Source of the DNA: Octopus bimaculoides
Lineage: Eukaryota
Direction: 5' to 3'
NCBI RefSeq assembly: GCF_001194135.2
Contig: NC_069000.1
Location: 5,729,529-5,790,812 of the forward strand
DNA: 61,284 nucleotides
Below the pieces are notes generated by a model. That model was not told where the DNA came from. It did no database searches and was given only the letters and a program-made list of their open reading frames with translations. Position 1 is the first letter of the stretch. Every line of letters begins with the position of its first letter. The position numbers and the translations under genes were made by a program. This document shows, in pieces, positions 60,574 through 61,284 of the stretch.

Positions 60574-61107
60574 CAATGCAATGGCATACTAAAAGACAGA
60601 AACTTCAAAGATTGATTACACTGCAACACAGATATTCATGAATGCAAAATTATAAAACGCTGCTATTATGTGGTAGAATCTCCTCTAGAGTATAATTTGT
60701 TCGTTCGAATGTTGCCAAGATTTTCCTAACCATATATGTAATCATTTCTCTATAGACAATGAATACTAAAAGACCTTTGATATAAACAATGTTAAAGTTA
60801 GCTACAGTTACCACATAACTTTCACCGCTCCCATAAGCCGTATAAACAGAAAATTTTCCATTACGAACAAGCAAATCACAGAGAAGAAATTATCGTTTAA
60901 AGAACCCTTCCGAAATTTATTATTTGTTTTTGATAGTTCACTAAGTTATAAGAAATTTTACACATAATGTAAAAGTATAATATTCAGCTTTTCTCCATAA
61001 ACTACAACATATTCGAATAATCGCAACCAAGTTGGTATGCTGAACAACCAGCTTATACGTACATACTCCTGGCTCCGAAATGAATCGATATGGTCAAAAT
61101 CTATACA

Positions 61108-61213
61108 AACGTGGCTGTGTGGTAAGAAGCTGGATTCCCGACCACATGGTTCCGGGTTCAGTCCCACTGCGTGGCACCTTGGGCAAGTGCCTTCTACTAT
61201 AGCTTCGGGCCAA
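61108..61213 (+). mobile_element. SINE family B 5' part
   Basis: CGTGGCTGTGTGGTAAGAAGC..ACCACATGGTTCCGGGTTCAGTCCCACTGCGTGGCACCTTGGGCAAGTGCCTTCTACTATAGC. Confidence 0.95.
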
Positions 61214-61284
61214 CTATACCTTCGGGCCAACTATACCTTCGGGCCAACTATACCTTCGGGCCAACTATACCTTCGGGCCAACTA
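61197..61284. repeat. 17 bp minisatellite, five copies plus a partial, truncated by the window end
   Basis: CTATAGCTTCGGGCCAA then (CTATACCTTCGGGCCAA)x4 and CTA. Confidence 0.95.

Noticed and set aside
60650-60874. 74 aa minus-strand ORF (NGKFSVYTAYGSGESYVV...)
   Set aside because: No homology recognised and length is within chance expectation.

Overview
Eukaryotic, AT-rich, microsatellite-saturated genomic DNA with 16 N-gaps (about 6 kb, roughly 10%), nearly all next to simple repeats. The extreme di-, tri- and tetranucleotide load and the tRNA-derived SINE families point to a coleoid cephalopod, most likely Octopus (inference, no search run). I cannot confidently call any host protein-coding exon, RNA gene or CRISPR array, so the window looks intronic or intergenic. 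Almost all supplied ORFs are translations of microsatellites or N-gaps. The recognisable coding remnants are all dead transposons: a CR1/L2-type LINE 3' end (770-1290), an internally deleted mariner (18868-19365), a Buster/Charlie-type hAT transposase fossil (53335-54235) and an RTE LINE 3' end (59505-59990). There are also several MITEs and about 45 SINE copies or fragments. SINE family labels A-F and repeat G are my own. I found no new enzymatic system. The most interesting signals are in repeat biology: a LINE sharing its 3' tail with SINE B, SINE B copies apparently split at their internal microsatellite with 0.9-1.7 kb in between, tail swapping in SINEs, a minisatellite born inside a SINE, SINE-built hairpins, and a conserved cassette inside a 2.5 kb trinucleotide array. 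An unexplained GC-rich island and several transcription-factor motif clusters also merit a look.
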